Shown in pieces: positions 41,486 through 55,017 of a stretch of DNA of 64,000 nt. The stretch is taken from NCBI GenBank assembly GCA_951406725.2, contig OX597814.1:140988001-141052000 (forward strand), given 5' to 3'. Under the pieces are notes generated by a model. It saw nothing but the letters and a program-made list of their open reading frames with translations, searched no databases and had not been told where the DNA came from. The DNA is from Octopus vulgaris. Lineage: Eukaryota. The position numbers and the translations under genes were made by a program. The stretch's first letter is position 1. Each line of letters starts with the position of its first letter.

Positions 41486-42089
41486 TATATATATGTTGCA
41501 ATTTAAATAGAATTACGTTCTTAGTCAAAGATTTCCAAGAAAAAAAAAACACAAAACAAAAAACAAACGAACAAAACTAGCTTTGCAAATTTCCTGTTGT
41601 TTTATTGAGAAATTTCCAGATTTTCATCTTTCATCGTTAAAAGTCAATATCTTATGCAAGACAGAACAGATAAGTGTACATACAGAAAATGAATGATAGG
41701 ATTGTTTTAAGTAGTTGTTTATAATAAAAACGTGCAAAAAAGCTTTTAAAAAAACAAGAAGAGTATTTAGGTTTCTTTTAAAGGGAAGTGTATAAGAAGT
41801 TCTTTTAATGCTCAAGTCAAAAGTTGTACGGATATATCTCTAAATACAACTTGGATAGTTAAATTATATTATGCTTTTTCATACCTGCAAGGAAAAAAAA
41901 TCATTTTGACATTAAAAATCAAATTGTTCTTCTCGCATTTACTCGGTAATCCCTCGTCATTATTTCAGGGCTATGCTTCCACGATGAGGTCAGAAAAACA
42001 CAAAACACAGGAACATGTCCAGAGTTAACTTCCGTACTTCGCAAAAGAAATAAAATATTAGTTATTGATTAATGTATGTATATATTATT

Positions 42090-42184
<95 letters not shown>

Positions 42185-42399
42185 GTCTGTCTATCTGTCT
42201 GTATGTGTGTGTGTGTGTGTGTGTGTCTGTCTGTCTGTCTGTATGTGTGTCTGTCAGTCTCTCTATCTGTCTGTGAGGGCGCGTGGCCTGGTGTTCAGGT
42301 TGTTGCACACATGATCGCGAAGTCATGGTTTCGATTTCCAGGCCGAGCGATGCGTTGTGTCTTTGAGTGATCACCTCGACATCTCAGTTATATTATTGT

Positions 42400-42950
42400 T
42401 TACATTGTATTCATGTATGTAGAACTGTGTAATCAGGTGTGCGTATTTAGGTGTGTCCCTTTTGGTAGGTTTTTATAGAATGTGTCGGTAGTTTTAATTA
42501 TTTTTGGCTTTATTGGATTTAATTTTTAATCCTTCGCTTTGACAATGTAAAGGTCAAAGGTATAAAGACCCGCATTTAAAAACTTACTACTTGGCTGTGT
42601 CAACACTTTGTAATGGAATTTTTTAGGGGCTTACAAAAGAGCGCACACTGATGGTATGTTTTACCTGGTCAATTTCTTTACTTGTTGTTATTTAGGGTAT
42701 TCCTCTTTTTATCTAGAAGGTGGGAATTATTAGTCAGGTGTTGGTAGTAAAGAAGATTTTTTTCTAGTGCTTTGATATTCACAAAAGAATGTAGGTATGT
42801 GTAAAGGTTGTTGGTCTGTATGATTCTCTCCAGGTGTTCATTGTTTCATGGAGATAGAGTCTGTTGGTTTTGTGTTTATAAATATTTCTTCAATTCTGTT
42901 TCAAAACTATTATTGTTTAAGAATAATAAATTTGTACTCTACAAAGTATA
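42400..42950 (-). mobile_element. Decayed Penelope-like RT-thumb fragment
   Basis: Minus-strand IFINTKPTDS resembles the PLE (V/I)Y.KPTDS motif. The rest is decayed. Confidence 0.4.
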
Positions 42951-43013
42951 GAGTAACCCATTAGATTAATGTAAAATTCTTTTTATTATGACTGAAGATA
43001 AAAACAAACATTA

Positions 43014-43046
<33 letters not shown>

Positions 43047-43176
43047 CACAGATATATATATGTATATGCGCATATATATATACATATATATATATGCACA
43101 TATAAATATGCATATATATATGCACATATAAATATGCATATATATATATGCACACATAAATATGCATATATATAAA

Positions 43177-43270
<94 letters not shown>

Positions 43271-43354
43271 TATATATATATATATGCATATATATATATA
43301 TATGCATATATATATATATATGCATATACATATATAAATGCATATATATATAAA

Positions 43355-43388
<34 letters not shown>

Positions 43389-43412
43389 TATATATATGCA
43401 TATATATACATA

Positions 43413-43462
<50 letters not shown>

Positions 43463-43687
43463 GTATCTATATGTTTGCGTGTCTGTCCCCCCAACATCGC
43501 TTGACAACCAATGAATCAATGCTGGTGTGTTTATGTCCCCATAACTTAGCGGTTAGGCATAACTGACTGATGGAATAAGTACTAGGCTTACAAGGAATAA
43601 GTTCTGGGGGTCGATTTGTTCGACTAAATGCGGTGGTCCAGCATGGCCGCAGTCAAATGACTGAAACGAATAAAGAAATAAAAGATA

Positions 43688-43757
<70 letters not shown>

Positions 43758-43760
<3 letters not shown>

Positions 43761-44087
43761 GAGAATTCACAAAAAAACAACAAACAAAAGACGAAGACAG
43801 GTGGTGTAGACAACAAACAGATGTATTAGTTTAACGCTCGGGAAGTGGAAAAGTGTTTGAAGTTTCGAGCCTACGCTCTTCCACAGAAAGGAACACAGAA
43901 AGAAACGAGGAGAGAAAATAGAGAAAATAAAGAATGTGTAGTGGCTAGCGATCTATCATGGCGTACATTGCTATAACCAGCCGAAATTGCAAAGATAATC
44001 TGGAACTCGACTGAGGATAGAACACTCCGAACGACCCGCCCTTGTTTTCTTTGTATCGTCTGTCTGGATGTCTTGCGTTCTTGTCCT
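43758..44087. mobile_element. Back-to-back PLE-like 3' ends between (TA)n tracts with two degenerate HHR motifs
   Basis: Minus CTGTGGA-AGAGCGTAGGCTC-GAAAC (43862-43886); plus CTGAGGA-TAGAACACTCC-GAAC (from 44011). Confidence 0.45.
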
Positions 44088-44217
44088 ATATATATAAATA
44101 TATAATTGCATCGCAATCATTAACATTTATGTATTAACTTTGTTGGGTACTTCACTAGCAGTATATTGGATATATGTTATCCCATGGAGGGTTGCATTTA
44201 CAACCCCTATCTCAATT

Positions 44218-44267
<50 letters not shown>

Positions 44268-44391
44268 TATATATATATATCATGTGATCACGTGACCGAC
44301 CAGACCATCAGATGTTCCACATCGCTGGTCACAATGCGTTCGCATTGTTTTAGCCTTTGAATGACACCACCCCACTGGCTAAGTGAGCAGG

Positions 44392-44432
<41 letters not shown>

Positions 44433-44506
44433 TTTGATACTTTGATACTTTGATAGGTTTCGGCCATTATTGGCCCAGGCCATGTCTAACTTAATAGCAC
44501 CAATAA

Positions 44507-45560
<1,054 letters not shown>

Positions 45561-45814
45561 TATATATTTATGTATTGTAATTTAATTGTTGATTTTGAAT
45601 TGATAAAAGGTGTTTTTTTTCTAATTGTTTTATATATATATTATATTGCGTGAAATTTGATTTAGTATTTCTAAATTGAATTTTTTTCCTTGTAAGTTTG
45701 GATTTTATTCCCTCAATTAATAAATATATTCATATATATATATATGCATATATATATGTCTTTATATATATGTATGTATATGTATATGCATATATATATA
45801 TATATATATATATA

Positions 45815-46417
45815 GTAAAGAAAAATAAGAAGGCTAACAGCAGGCTGTTTCACCTCATACCGAAGGAATTAGAAATGGCAGTCAAAGACCGTTTTTCCAA
45901 TTTCTATAAGTGGAGAATCCAAAAACGAAGGCCCTTACGGCTCACATACACAAAACCGGAGTGGCAAATATACGGATTCAATCACTTACCGTTAATAGCG
46001 GACATATGTTTCTGGATCGCAAACGTGGAAACAGTTTGAATTCGTCATCGGAGCGCCGATGACGGAATTCAAACTGTTTCCACGTTTGCGATCCAGAAAC
46101 ATATGTCCGCTATTAACGGTAAGTGATTGAATTCGTATATTTGCCACTCCGGTTTTGTGTATGTGAGCCGTAAGGGCCTTCGTTTTTGGATTCTCCACTT
46201 ATAGAAATTGGAAAAACGGTCTTTGACTGCCATTTCTAATTCCTTCGGTATGAGGTGAAACAGCCTGCTGTTAGCCTTCTTATTTTTTCTTTACTATATA
46301 CTGAACCTTACAAAGGTCTTGACAATTAATTTGTCGTATTTACATACCGAAATTTACCGGTAAATAATTGTTGGTTACATGATAAACCACAGGAAAATTA
46401 TTTACCATTTTTATTGA

Positions 46418-46420
<3 letters not shown>
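45815..46420 (+). mobile_element. HHR-centred palindromic element in (TA)n
   Basis: Arms 45815-46051 and 46056-46294 (about 3 differences) with a 4-nt loop AGCG. The direct copy continues to 46420. (TA)n lies on both sides. Confidence 0.8.
46052..46111 (+). ncRNA. Minimal type I hammerhead ribozyme (CCGAUGA core variant)
   Basis: AGCG CCGATGA C-GGA..CAAAC..GTTTG..TCC-A GAAA C-ATAT-G TC^ CGCT. Confidence 0.7.
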
Positions 46421-46467
<47 letters not shown>

Positions 46468-47620
46468 GAGATTATATATATATATATATGGATATATATA
46501 TATTTATGTATTTATATACATATACATACATGCATGTATAGATACGCACACGCCTGCGCACGCACACACATACATTCCTTGTTAGCTTTTCAATGCTACC
46601 TACATAAAGTATGCCAACATGAACTTAACTATTGTGTTTTTCTCGCAGATGGCGTCTTCGATTTATTTATTCCCTAAACTATTCCGTACCATAGTCTACT
46701 ACACTGTAATCAAATAAATGCAACACGCTTCATAACACACAGATATGCAGATTAATGTACTAATCTCTCTGGCTGAATAAATTGCTGAAGTTAACAGCTT
46801 TTCTCGATAATTCCATCTGAACTTGATAATAATTGAAGTCATGTTACCATGGCAATTGCAACACGAATTTGCCCAGCTTACTGTAAATTTCACTGCATCA
46901 TCATCATCATCGTCATGATCACCCTCCCCACCTCGTCGTTGGAGTCGTCGTCATTGTCATCATTCCTTTGGTCTTGATGAGTGGATGCGATACATGCATT
47001 GTATTTATGGAAATGTGTTAGTGTTAATGGTATTTGTGGCATGCTGGTTGTAGTGGTGTTATTGTTATCGATGGTGATGATGATAATGATGATGATAATT
47101 ATGATTATGATGTTGGTGATGACGATGATGACGACGACGATGATGATATTGTTGTTGATGATAGTGATAATGATGACGCCGCCGATGATAACGATGACGA
47201 TAATGGTGGTGATTATGATGATGACGACGATGATTATGATGTCAACGACGATGACAATGACGCTGACAATGATGATGATAATGTCGATTACGATAATGAT
47301 GATGATGCTAATGTTTGTGTGAATGATGATGATGATGATGACAACGATGACAATGTTCTGGTGATACAAACACACATGTGGACACGTAATGTATATGATA
47401 TACTTTGTGAACTACTATTCGTGTGCGAACGCCTCCCTTGCCACAAAAATGCAGGCGTGGCTACGAGCACACGTGATTGGGTGGTTAGAAGTTTGCATCT
47501 CAACCACATGGTTCCGGGTTCAGTCCCACTGCGTCTCACCTTGGGCAAGTGTCTATTATAACCCTGAGCCGACCAAAGCCTTGTGAGTGAATTTAGTAGA
47601 CGGAAACTGAAAGAAGCCAG

Positions 47621-47683
<63 letters not shown>

Positions 47684-47685
<2 letters not shown>

Positions 47686-48109
47686 ACCGTTATTTAAAAT
47701 AATGATCATATCGTGTGGCCAGTATGGGAAAAAAATTCTTATAGGTAATCATTATTATTAAAATTATAATGAAGAGTATCAAATGGGATACCACCATGCT
47801 AGATATAGCAGTCTAAACCTGATTCTAAAATCACATCAAGTATTCACACAGCCCCGGTGAAAAGATAAATGAAGAAATAAACTATCAAGAGATTAATGGA
47901 TAATCTTAGATCGCTATTTCTGGCTATGCATTAATATGCTCTACCTCATCAGTGAGATATACCAACATTAGTACATAATTGCAAATATATATATACATAC
48001 AACATACGAATACTGTGCTGTATGAAAACATGATGTAGTCTTAGAGTCAGTTTTGACTGCTGTATCTAGCATGGTGGTATCCGTTTTGATACCCTTAATT
48101 ATAATTTTA
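47684..48109 (-). mobile_element. Older HHR-bearing inverted-repeat element abutting (TA)n
   Basis: Diverged arms 47759-47852 and 48017-48109, with an HHR in the spacer. The 3' end joins the (TA)n of a SINE (47453-47625). Confidence 0.65.
47903..47958 (-). ncRNA. Minimal type I hammerhead ribozyme (slightly decayed)
   Basis: Minus: ATCTCA CTGATGA GG-TAGA-GCAT-ATTA-ATGC-ATAG-CC-A GAAA T-AGCG-A TC^ TAAGAT. Confidence 0.7.
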
Positions 48110-48339
48110 TATTTGGCACCTAAAAAAACAAAAAAACAAAACAAAACAATATCGATTTCATAATTCAATGGAAAATTGTAACTTTTGCAACTTCTTACAA
48201 AATTAACAATAAATTCTGTAGATTATGCCTAGAAGAAAACAATAAAATAATGAATATGAAAGGGAACCTAGTAAATATGAGGAATGAAAAAGTTTTTTCA
48301 TGTAAACCCGTGACTAATCTAAAAAAAAAAAGTAGTGGT

Positions 48340-49711
48340 GATTCCAGAACGAAGGTGCGCGTGCGTATGTATGTGAGAGTGTGTATGTGCGTGTGGAAGG
48401 GTGGTGGTGACATTGACGTGTGCATGTGTAAGTGTGCGGATGATGGTGTAGGTGCTGGGAAGTGGTCAGTGCTAGTGTGTGCAGGGTGGTGTGTGATGTG
48501 GTGTGGTATGGTGGTGTGTGGCGTGGTGGTGTGTGGCGTGGTGGTGTGGTGGTGTGTGGTGTGGTGGTGTGTGGTGTGGTGGTGTGTGGTGTGGTGTGGT
48601 CGTGTTGGGGTGTGGGGGAGGCGAGAGTGGTGGAAGCAAGGATGGGGTATAAGAGATGGGGTGTGGGTGGGAATGGATATATAGGGATGGTGGGTCTGGA
48701 ATGTGTAGGAGTGGGGTAACGAGAGAGGAGGTGACGATGAAGGGAGAGGGTGGTAAAGGTGGGTAGGTGCGAAGAGAGAAAGTAAGCACCAGAGCAAGAG
48801 AGGAGAGGTGGGTGGGAGGAAGTAGGTGCGAGAGGAAGAGAGGAGGAGAGTTGAACCCATATGGCGCAAAGGAGCGAAGAAAGAAGATTAATCCCTGCTC
48901 ACGGCGAAGACGGGAGTCCGGATGACTCCTGTGCAAGGACAATCCGAACACAGACAGGTGTTGTAAAGAGTGACCGGTAGAGCAGAAATGGCGCGAGACC
49001 GGGGTGTCGTTGCCGAGTCGGATGTCTCGGAGGTGTTCTATGAACCGGTTAGCCAAGCGACGTCCCGTTTGACCGATGTATAGAGAAAGACAGAGAGAGC
49101 AGGAGATGCAGTAGATGACTTTGCTAGAAGTGCAGGTGAAGGAGTCAGTGATATGATAGGGTCGATGATGAGTGCCTGTGAGGAGGGTGGTGTTGAAGAG
49201 GTAAGGAGAAGTGCAGCAGCGTGGGCGGGAGCAGGGGAACGAGCCGGGTTGGGAGGCTGGAAGAACCTGTGAACCAAGGGAAGAAGCTGTTGACCAAGAC
49301 GTCTCGTAGGTTGAGAGCTCGTTTGAAGGAGGGGATGGGTCGGTTAGGGAAGATGTGTGAGGTGGAAGGGTCGGACTGGAGTCGCCGGAAGGCTAGGACA
49401 ATTGTGCGTCGGAGAGGTAGGGTGGTGGGGTGGTAGGTGAGGGGAAACGGGAGACGGGTGACGGCAGTGCGGGTGCGGGGGGGGGGAGAGCAGATGCACG
49501 GTCCACGGAACGTGCTCTGGCAAGGGCGGTGTGGATAGTGGTGAGAGGATATCCACGTAGGATGAAATGGCGAGCCAAGAGTTGAGACTGAGTCTGAAAG
49601 TCATGGTTGTCACTGCAGAGCCTGCGTAGAGGGAGGAATTGGGAATAGGGGATGGAAAGCTTGGTGTGTTTAGGGTGAGAGGAGGAGAAGTTGAGGTATG
49701 AGTGTGAGTCT
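48340..49711 (-). mobile_element. 5'-truncated Penelope-like retrotransposon (RT thumb + GIY-YIG endonuclease), frameshifted
   Basis: Minus translation gives DSHSYLNFSSSHPKHTKLSIPYSQFL..RRLCS and ARHFILRGYP, then VIYCISCSLCLSLYIGQTGRR / ANRFIEHLRDI..VSRHF..REQGLIFFLRSFAPYGFN. A C-rich 3' region follows. Confidence 0.88.
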
Positions 49712-49762
49712 AATTCAAATTACGATAAAAGTAAACAAAGTTTGCTTTAGAAGCGTTGAGAT

Positions 49763-49859
49763 GGAAATAATTTTATTCTCACACGCAAAATATATGTAGT
49801 TTATCCTGTTCATGCTATATTATTAACTCTGTCTGGCGTTTGAGAATAAAATTATTTCC
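49763..49859. repeat. Short foldback (24-bp inverted arms)
   Basis: GGAAATAATTTTATTCTCACACGC / GCGTTTGAGAATAAAATTATTTCC. Confidence 0.6.
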
Positions 49860-49933
<74 letters not shown>

Positions 49934-49940
49934 GTCTATC

Positions 49941-52057
49941 TACATCATAGACAGGGTAGTTAACGAACCTGGCATGGGTGGGGCCCTGATCAACTTGGAT
50001 CAATCGAAAGCCTTTGATGGGGTAGACCATCGATACTTGGGGGCAGTCCTGAGAGCGGCTGGTTTCGGTCCCGTTTTCCGCGGATGGATAGCTGCTTTGT
50101 ACAGAGGCATCCGTTCGGTAATTCGCGTAAATGGACATCTATCGAGACCTTTCAACATTGCACGTTCGGTCCGTCAGGGATGCCCCCTCTCGGCGCTTCT
50201 ATACGTATTGACTCTTGAGCCACTACTGCGGAAGCTGGCGACTCTAAGGGGCATCCCGCGAGAATTGGGATGCGGGACGAGCGTGTCTGCATACGCGGAC
50301 GACGTCACCGTCATAGTGTCTAGCCACGAGCACATCGAGCTGGTCGGCGAGACACTGAAAAACTACGAAGCGGTGACAGGAGCGAAAATCAACCGGGAAA
50401 AGTCAGTGGGCTTGCGACTAGGCACCTGGAGAAGCAAGCCCATGCCGTCCACCAGCGCCTCCGTCGTGGGACGCTGGACCGACGGCCCGGTTGAGTTGCT
50501 CGGGGTCTGGTTTGGTCCGGACCTCCAAGTGGAGAAGAACTGGAACGAGATAACGAGTAGGGTGGTCACTCTCGCCCGGCAATGGGCCGAGAGGAAACTG
50601 TCCCTAAAAGGTCGAGCGGAGGTGACGAACACGTACATCGCGTCCGTCATCTACTACCGCCTGACCGTCGTACCTTGTCCCGACCCTACCATCACCAAAC
50701 TACAACGCATCCTCTTTCGCTTCTTGTGGAAAGGATGCGTCCCGATGGTCAGGCGATCCATTTGCTGTCAACACCCGTTAAAAGGAGGGCTGGGCATGCC
50801 GTGGTTGATGATGCGCAGACACGCGCTGAGACTGCGGCATCTCTGGCTCTATGTAGACGACGGTGAACAGGTGTGGTCGCCGTTTGTGAGGCACGCTTTC
50901 CCGCAGCTCGTCTCCATGACCGAACTGCAGTCGTGGATCAAAAAGAGGCCGAGGAAGGGCGAATGGCACCGCGAGTGTCGCGTTGCTCTCAAGCAACTCT
51001 GCCGTCCTGGGTCGACCTTAAGTGACTTCAACACAACCAAAGCATTCTATAGGGGTTTAGTGGAGGGGAGGTACGACGACGAGCTCGGGGCGAACCTGGA
51101 CGTCGACGAGGAGTACCTGACCCGCCTGTTCAGGACGACTTTCGGGCCAGGGCCCATGGACAACTTCCAGAGATCCCTGGCCTGGCAGTGCTACCGAGAA
51201 GCGCTACCCGTTCGGGATAAGCTCTACAGACACGGCTCGAGAAACACGGGGCCGACCTGCCCGAGATGCGGTCAGAGCGACGAAACCGTTCTGCACGCAC
51301 TCGTTCAGTGTCCAACAATTTCCGACCTGTGGGCTTATGTCGAACAACTGCTGTCACGTGTGGGACGAGTCGGTTTATCAGCTGAGTCTATCGTCAATAT
51401 TGTCACGCCTCCTTCCTTCAAACGGGAAGGAAGAGCTATTTTCATCATCCTTGTGGCTATGGCGAAAGAATGTATCTGGTGGACGCGTCTGAAAGGATTG
51501 GAGACAAACACTTTCCTCTCTGGTCAATCTCTCATCAACTTCTTCAAGTACCACTTGAAAAGGAAAGTGAGAGTAGAGAGGCAAGTTTTGTCTAGCGAAT
51601 GTTTTAAAAAAAGATGGGTGAATGTAGCAAGAATGGCACGTATGAATGACGAAGCCACCTTGAGCATAGTCCTATGAACCCAGAAATCGAAAACAGAGAG
51701 TTGCTTATTTGCAAAAAAAAAAAAAAAAGAAATATAAAATGTGACATCATTGACCGAGGTTACCGTGGTCTTTTCCGTAGGCTTTTCTTTGCACGGGTAA
51801 ACCTCACCTGTCCTCCCCTTTACACTTCATATTGACATTTCTGTGATAACGATCCCTATTGATCAATTTTTTTCCTCCCCCCTTTTTTTTGAACCCCCTT
51901 TTTTTGTCCTCTTTCTCTCCTTTTACGATCCCTTTTGATCGAAACTCCCCCTTCCTTTTTTTTTTTTTTTTTTTTCTTTCTTAAACCTTCAAAAGAAAAG
52001 CTCTACCTTGTAATTTGTTCTATCTGTGTGCAGCCCTGTGTGGCTAATAAAGAAACA

Positions 52058-52058
<1 letters not shown>
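49941..52058 (+). mobile_element. 5'-truncated Tx1/L1-clade LINE inserted in (TATC)n
   Basis: Begins in frame (YIIDRV) directly after (TATC)n. Has a T/C-rich 3' UTR and AATAAA, after which (TATC)n resumes. Confidence 0.88.
49974..51677 (+). CDS. LINE ORF2 C-terminal part: reverse transcriptase + zf-RVT (N-terminally truncated)
   Basis: LDQSKAFD, SVRQGCPLSA, AYADD, GAKINREKS, LLGVWFG, LSLKGR, GGLGMP and CPRCGQSDETVLHALVQC, over 567 codons without a stop. Confidence 0.9.
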   Translation: MGGALINLDQSKAFDGVDHRYLGAVLRAAGFGPVFRGWIAALYRGIRSVIRVNGHLSRPFNIARSVRQGCPLSALLYVLTLEPLLRKLATLRGIPRELGCGTSVSAYADDVTVIVSSHEHIELVGETLKNYEAVTGAKINREKSVGLRLGTWRSKPMPSTSASVVGRWTDGPVELLGVWFGPDLQVEKNWNEITSRVVTLARQWAERKLSLKGRAEVTNTYIASVIYYRLTVVPCPDPTITKLQRILFRFLWKGCVPMVRRSICCQHPLKGGLGMPWLMMRRHALRLRHLWLYVDDGEQVWSPFVRHAFPQLVSMTELQSWIKKRPRKGEWHRECRVALKQLCRPGSTLSDFNTTKAFYRGLVEGRYDDELGANLDVDEEYLTRLFRTTFGPGPMDNFQRSLAWQCYREALPVRDKLYRHGSRNTGPTCPRCGQSDETVLHALVQCPTISDLWAYVEQLLSRVGRVGLSAESIVNIVTPPSFKREGRAIFIILVAMAKECIWWTRLKGLETNTFLSGQSLINFFKYHLKRKVRVERQVLSSECFKKRWVNVARMARMNDEATLSIVL

Positions 52059-52103
<45 letters not shown>

Positions 52104-52156
52104 CCTACCTACCTACCTACCTACCTACCTACCTACCTACCTACCTACCTACCTAC

Positions 52157-52207
<51 letters not shown>

Positions 52208-52208
52208 G

Positions 52209-52246
<38 letters not shown>

Positions 52247-52247
52247 C

Positions 52248-52565
52248 GTGAAGTATATTTGCCACCTAAATGTGGCGGACCTATTGGAGATGATGCTACT
52301 GTTTATAGCCACAGGACGACATCTCCTCCAGGTGGCTAACGACATACTGTCTGTGTCTGATCAGTATTTGCGAAGGGAAATCATCGTTCCCATCTCTAGC
52401 CTTACGTGATACACACAGACCCGGGTTTCGTGATAGGTAACCCGTCATCAGCGTGTGACAATCACTAGCTAGCGATGAGAACTCATTTCAAATGTAAAAT
52501 ACTATATGCTTTTACCAGTGACAAACTGTCGCTGATCTCGAAAAAGGAGAAACAAGCAATAATAA
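52248..52565 (-). mobile_element. Solo HHR-bearing element, homolog of 28394-28710
   Basis: Collinear similarity from GTGA(A/G)GTATA(T/C)TTGCCA to CTGATCTCGAAAAA..CAAGCAATAATAA. Confidence 0.75.
52406..52465 (-). ncRNA. Minimal type I hammerhead ribozyme
   Basis: Minus: GTGAT-TGT-CACACG CTGATGA CGGGTTACCTATCAC GAAA C-CCGG-G TC^ TGTGTG-T-ATCAC. Stem II is weak. Confidence 0.8.
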
Positions 52566-52999
52566 ATCTCTGAGTGAGACGTAAACAGTAACAGCATGCA
52601 CTTACTTTAATGTAATATAAATTCATTTCTAATTGTTAAATGGGAATACTTTGCATATACATATATCTATGTGTGCATGTTAGCTGGCAGATATATTTGC
52701 ACGTATGTATGGAAGAATATATGGGTATATATAACATATACCTAAGTGTCATGTTATACTTTCCACTACATATATATATATACATTTTTATAATTTTTAT
52801 AATTTTTGCAATTTTTATAAACTTTATAAATTAATTCTATAATTTATCTTAATAACTAAGTTTTATAATTTTATAATTATTCTTATAATTATTTTTATTA
52901 AAATGTTTATAATATTTATTAAAGGTGCATCAGCATGGCCGCAGCTCTGAGCTGAAACTTAAAAAAAAAAGAAAAAAAAAATTTTTTATAATTTTTGTA

Positions 53000-54280
53000 A
53001 TTTTTATAACGTATATATGTTTTTTTATAATGTATATATGTACGTATCTAAACTTATATGGCCATATATACATTCAGGCCTATATGTAAACATTATTTAC
53101 GAGCATAAGTATACTATGTCCAAGTATTCCATGTATAAGGTTATATACAATGGTATTGATGTGTATGGGTTTGTAAATGTTAGTATATATATTTGTATGT
53201 ATACGTACGTATTTATCCATGTTTTTCTATGTACAAAGTCGTTTGTATATGTATATATGGTTGTATGGGTACGTATAAGGTATGTAAGAAACATAATTTT
53301 AAGTGTACATAACCATCTACATATGATGTCAATCTATTTACTTTTTATTATAAAAAATATGACCCCATTTTCCCCTTAATTGTTATCTCCCCTACACTAC
53401 ATAAATATCTAACTTTATTTTTTTAGCTTTCTCTACAATTATAAACAACCCTTTTTGATATTATTAAACATAATTTTTCTTTACCGCTCCATAGATAATT
53501 ATATACGTTTTGTAGTGGATAGAGTAAGTAAATTCCCTCTCATCTTCAATAGTTTGTATTTTTTATTTTTATTTCTATTTTTTATTAACCATCCTTTAGT
53601 ATCTACCTCTTCAAATATTTTTCTAAAATGTTGACTAGATAATACATTCCGTAATATTACACTTATTTTTTTCTATAAAAATTAGACTTATTATTTACAA
53701 TAAACAATTTAATTATAAATTTTATAAACCTGTAACTATTAATGATTACTATTAAACATTTTTTTTCTAATTACTGATTAACTGACGGTTAAATATAAAT
53801 CTTAGTCCCTTGTATTTGAAATTCTTTATTTGCTTTACTTCCTTATTTGGGTTTTCCTTTTGCCTTAAAATACAGCCTCACCAGTTATTTACTGCTTTTA
53901 TGGGAGTTTAAAGTAGCTCATATATAGAAATTTATGGAGAGAATGTTAGCCTTTAATATTTCATTATTATTATATATATCAGTACCCAAGTTTTATTTCT
54001 TAGTCTTGTTTAAATGGACATGACTCCAAGAACAATAACACATTGCAAAATGATTAATTACACCATACCTATGTAATTTTAGTTTTTTCAGCTACCGAGA
54101 GTACTCTATGACAACTCAGATTCTTAAATATGAATTTCTTGTCATTCTGTTATGAAACAATTGTATAGCGACACGAATAAACAAAATTATCATCCATATT
54201 AACATCTAATCTTCTCCATTTATGTAAGTATGAACAATCTGGTTGAACTTTGTTTAATAAGTTAAATCATATACTTAATA
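53000..54280 (-). mobile_element. Highly decayed Penelope-like ORF remnant
   Basis: Minus YCSWSHVHL and LKLP*K resemble PLE thumb/linker motifs. Very AT-rich and full of stops. Confidence 0.35.
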
Positions 54281-54311
54281 CTTACACACACACACATTTA
54301 TATACAGTACA

Positions 54312-54420
<109 letters not shown>

Positions 54421-54459
54421 TATGTGTGTGTGTGTTTGTATGTGTGTGTGTGTGTGTCT

Positions 54460-54759
54460 GATCACCGTGACCGACCAGGCTATCAAATGTTCCTACACAT
54501 CGCTGGTCACAATGCGTTTCGCATAGTTTTAGCCTTCAAATGACGCCACCCCGCTGGCTAAGCGAGCAGGCCAACAGAAGAAAGAGTGAAAGGAAGTTGC
54601 GGCGAAAGAGTACAACAGGGGTCGCCACCGACCCTTGTCGGAGCCTCGTGGAGCTTTAGGTGTTTTCGCTCAATAAACACTCACAAAGCCCGGTCTGGGA
54701 ATCGAAGCCGTATCGTATGACCGCGAGTCCACTGCCCTAACCACTGGGCCATTGCGCCT

Positions 54760-54761
<2 letters not shown>
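54460..54761 (-). mobile_element. tRNA-derived SINE (GGAGGCGCAATGGCCCAG family)
   Basis: Head matches 4812-5181; its alternative tail also occurs at 44283-44395. Confidence 0.75.
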
Positions 54762-54810
<49 letters not shown>

Positions 54811-54955
54811 CGTACATATATATACATAAATACATTATACACACACACACATATATATACATACATATATATATAAATGCATTATATATATATGTGTGTA
54901 TATATATACACATATACACATACATACACATACATATATATATAAATACATTATG

Positions 54956-55017
<62 letters not shown>

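Noticed and set aside
47034-47561. Asp-rich 175-aa ORF
   Set aside because: (GAT)n microsatellite running into a SINE.
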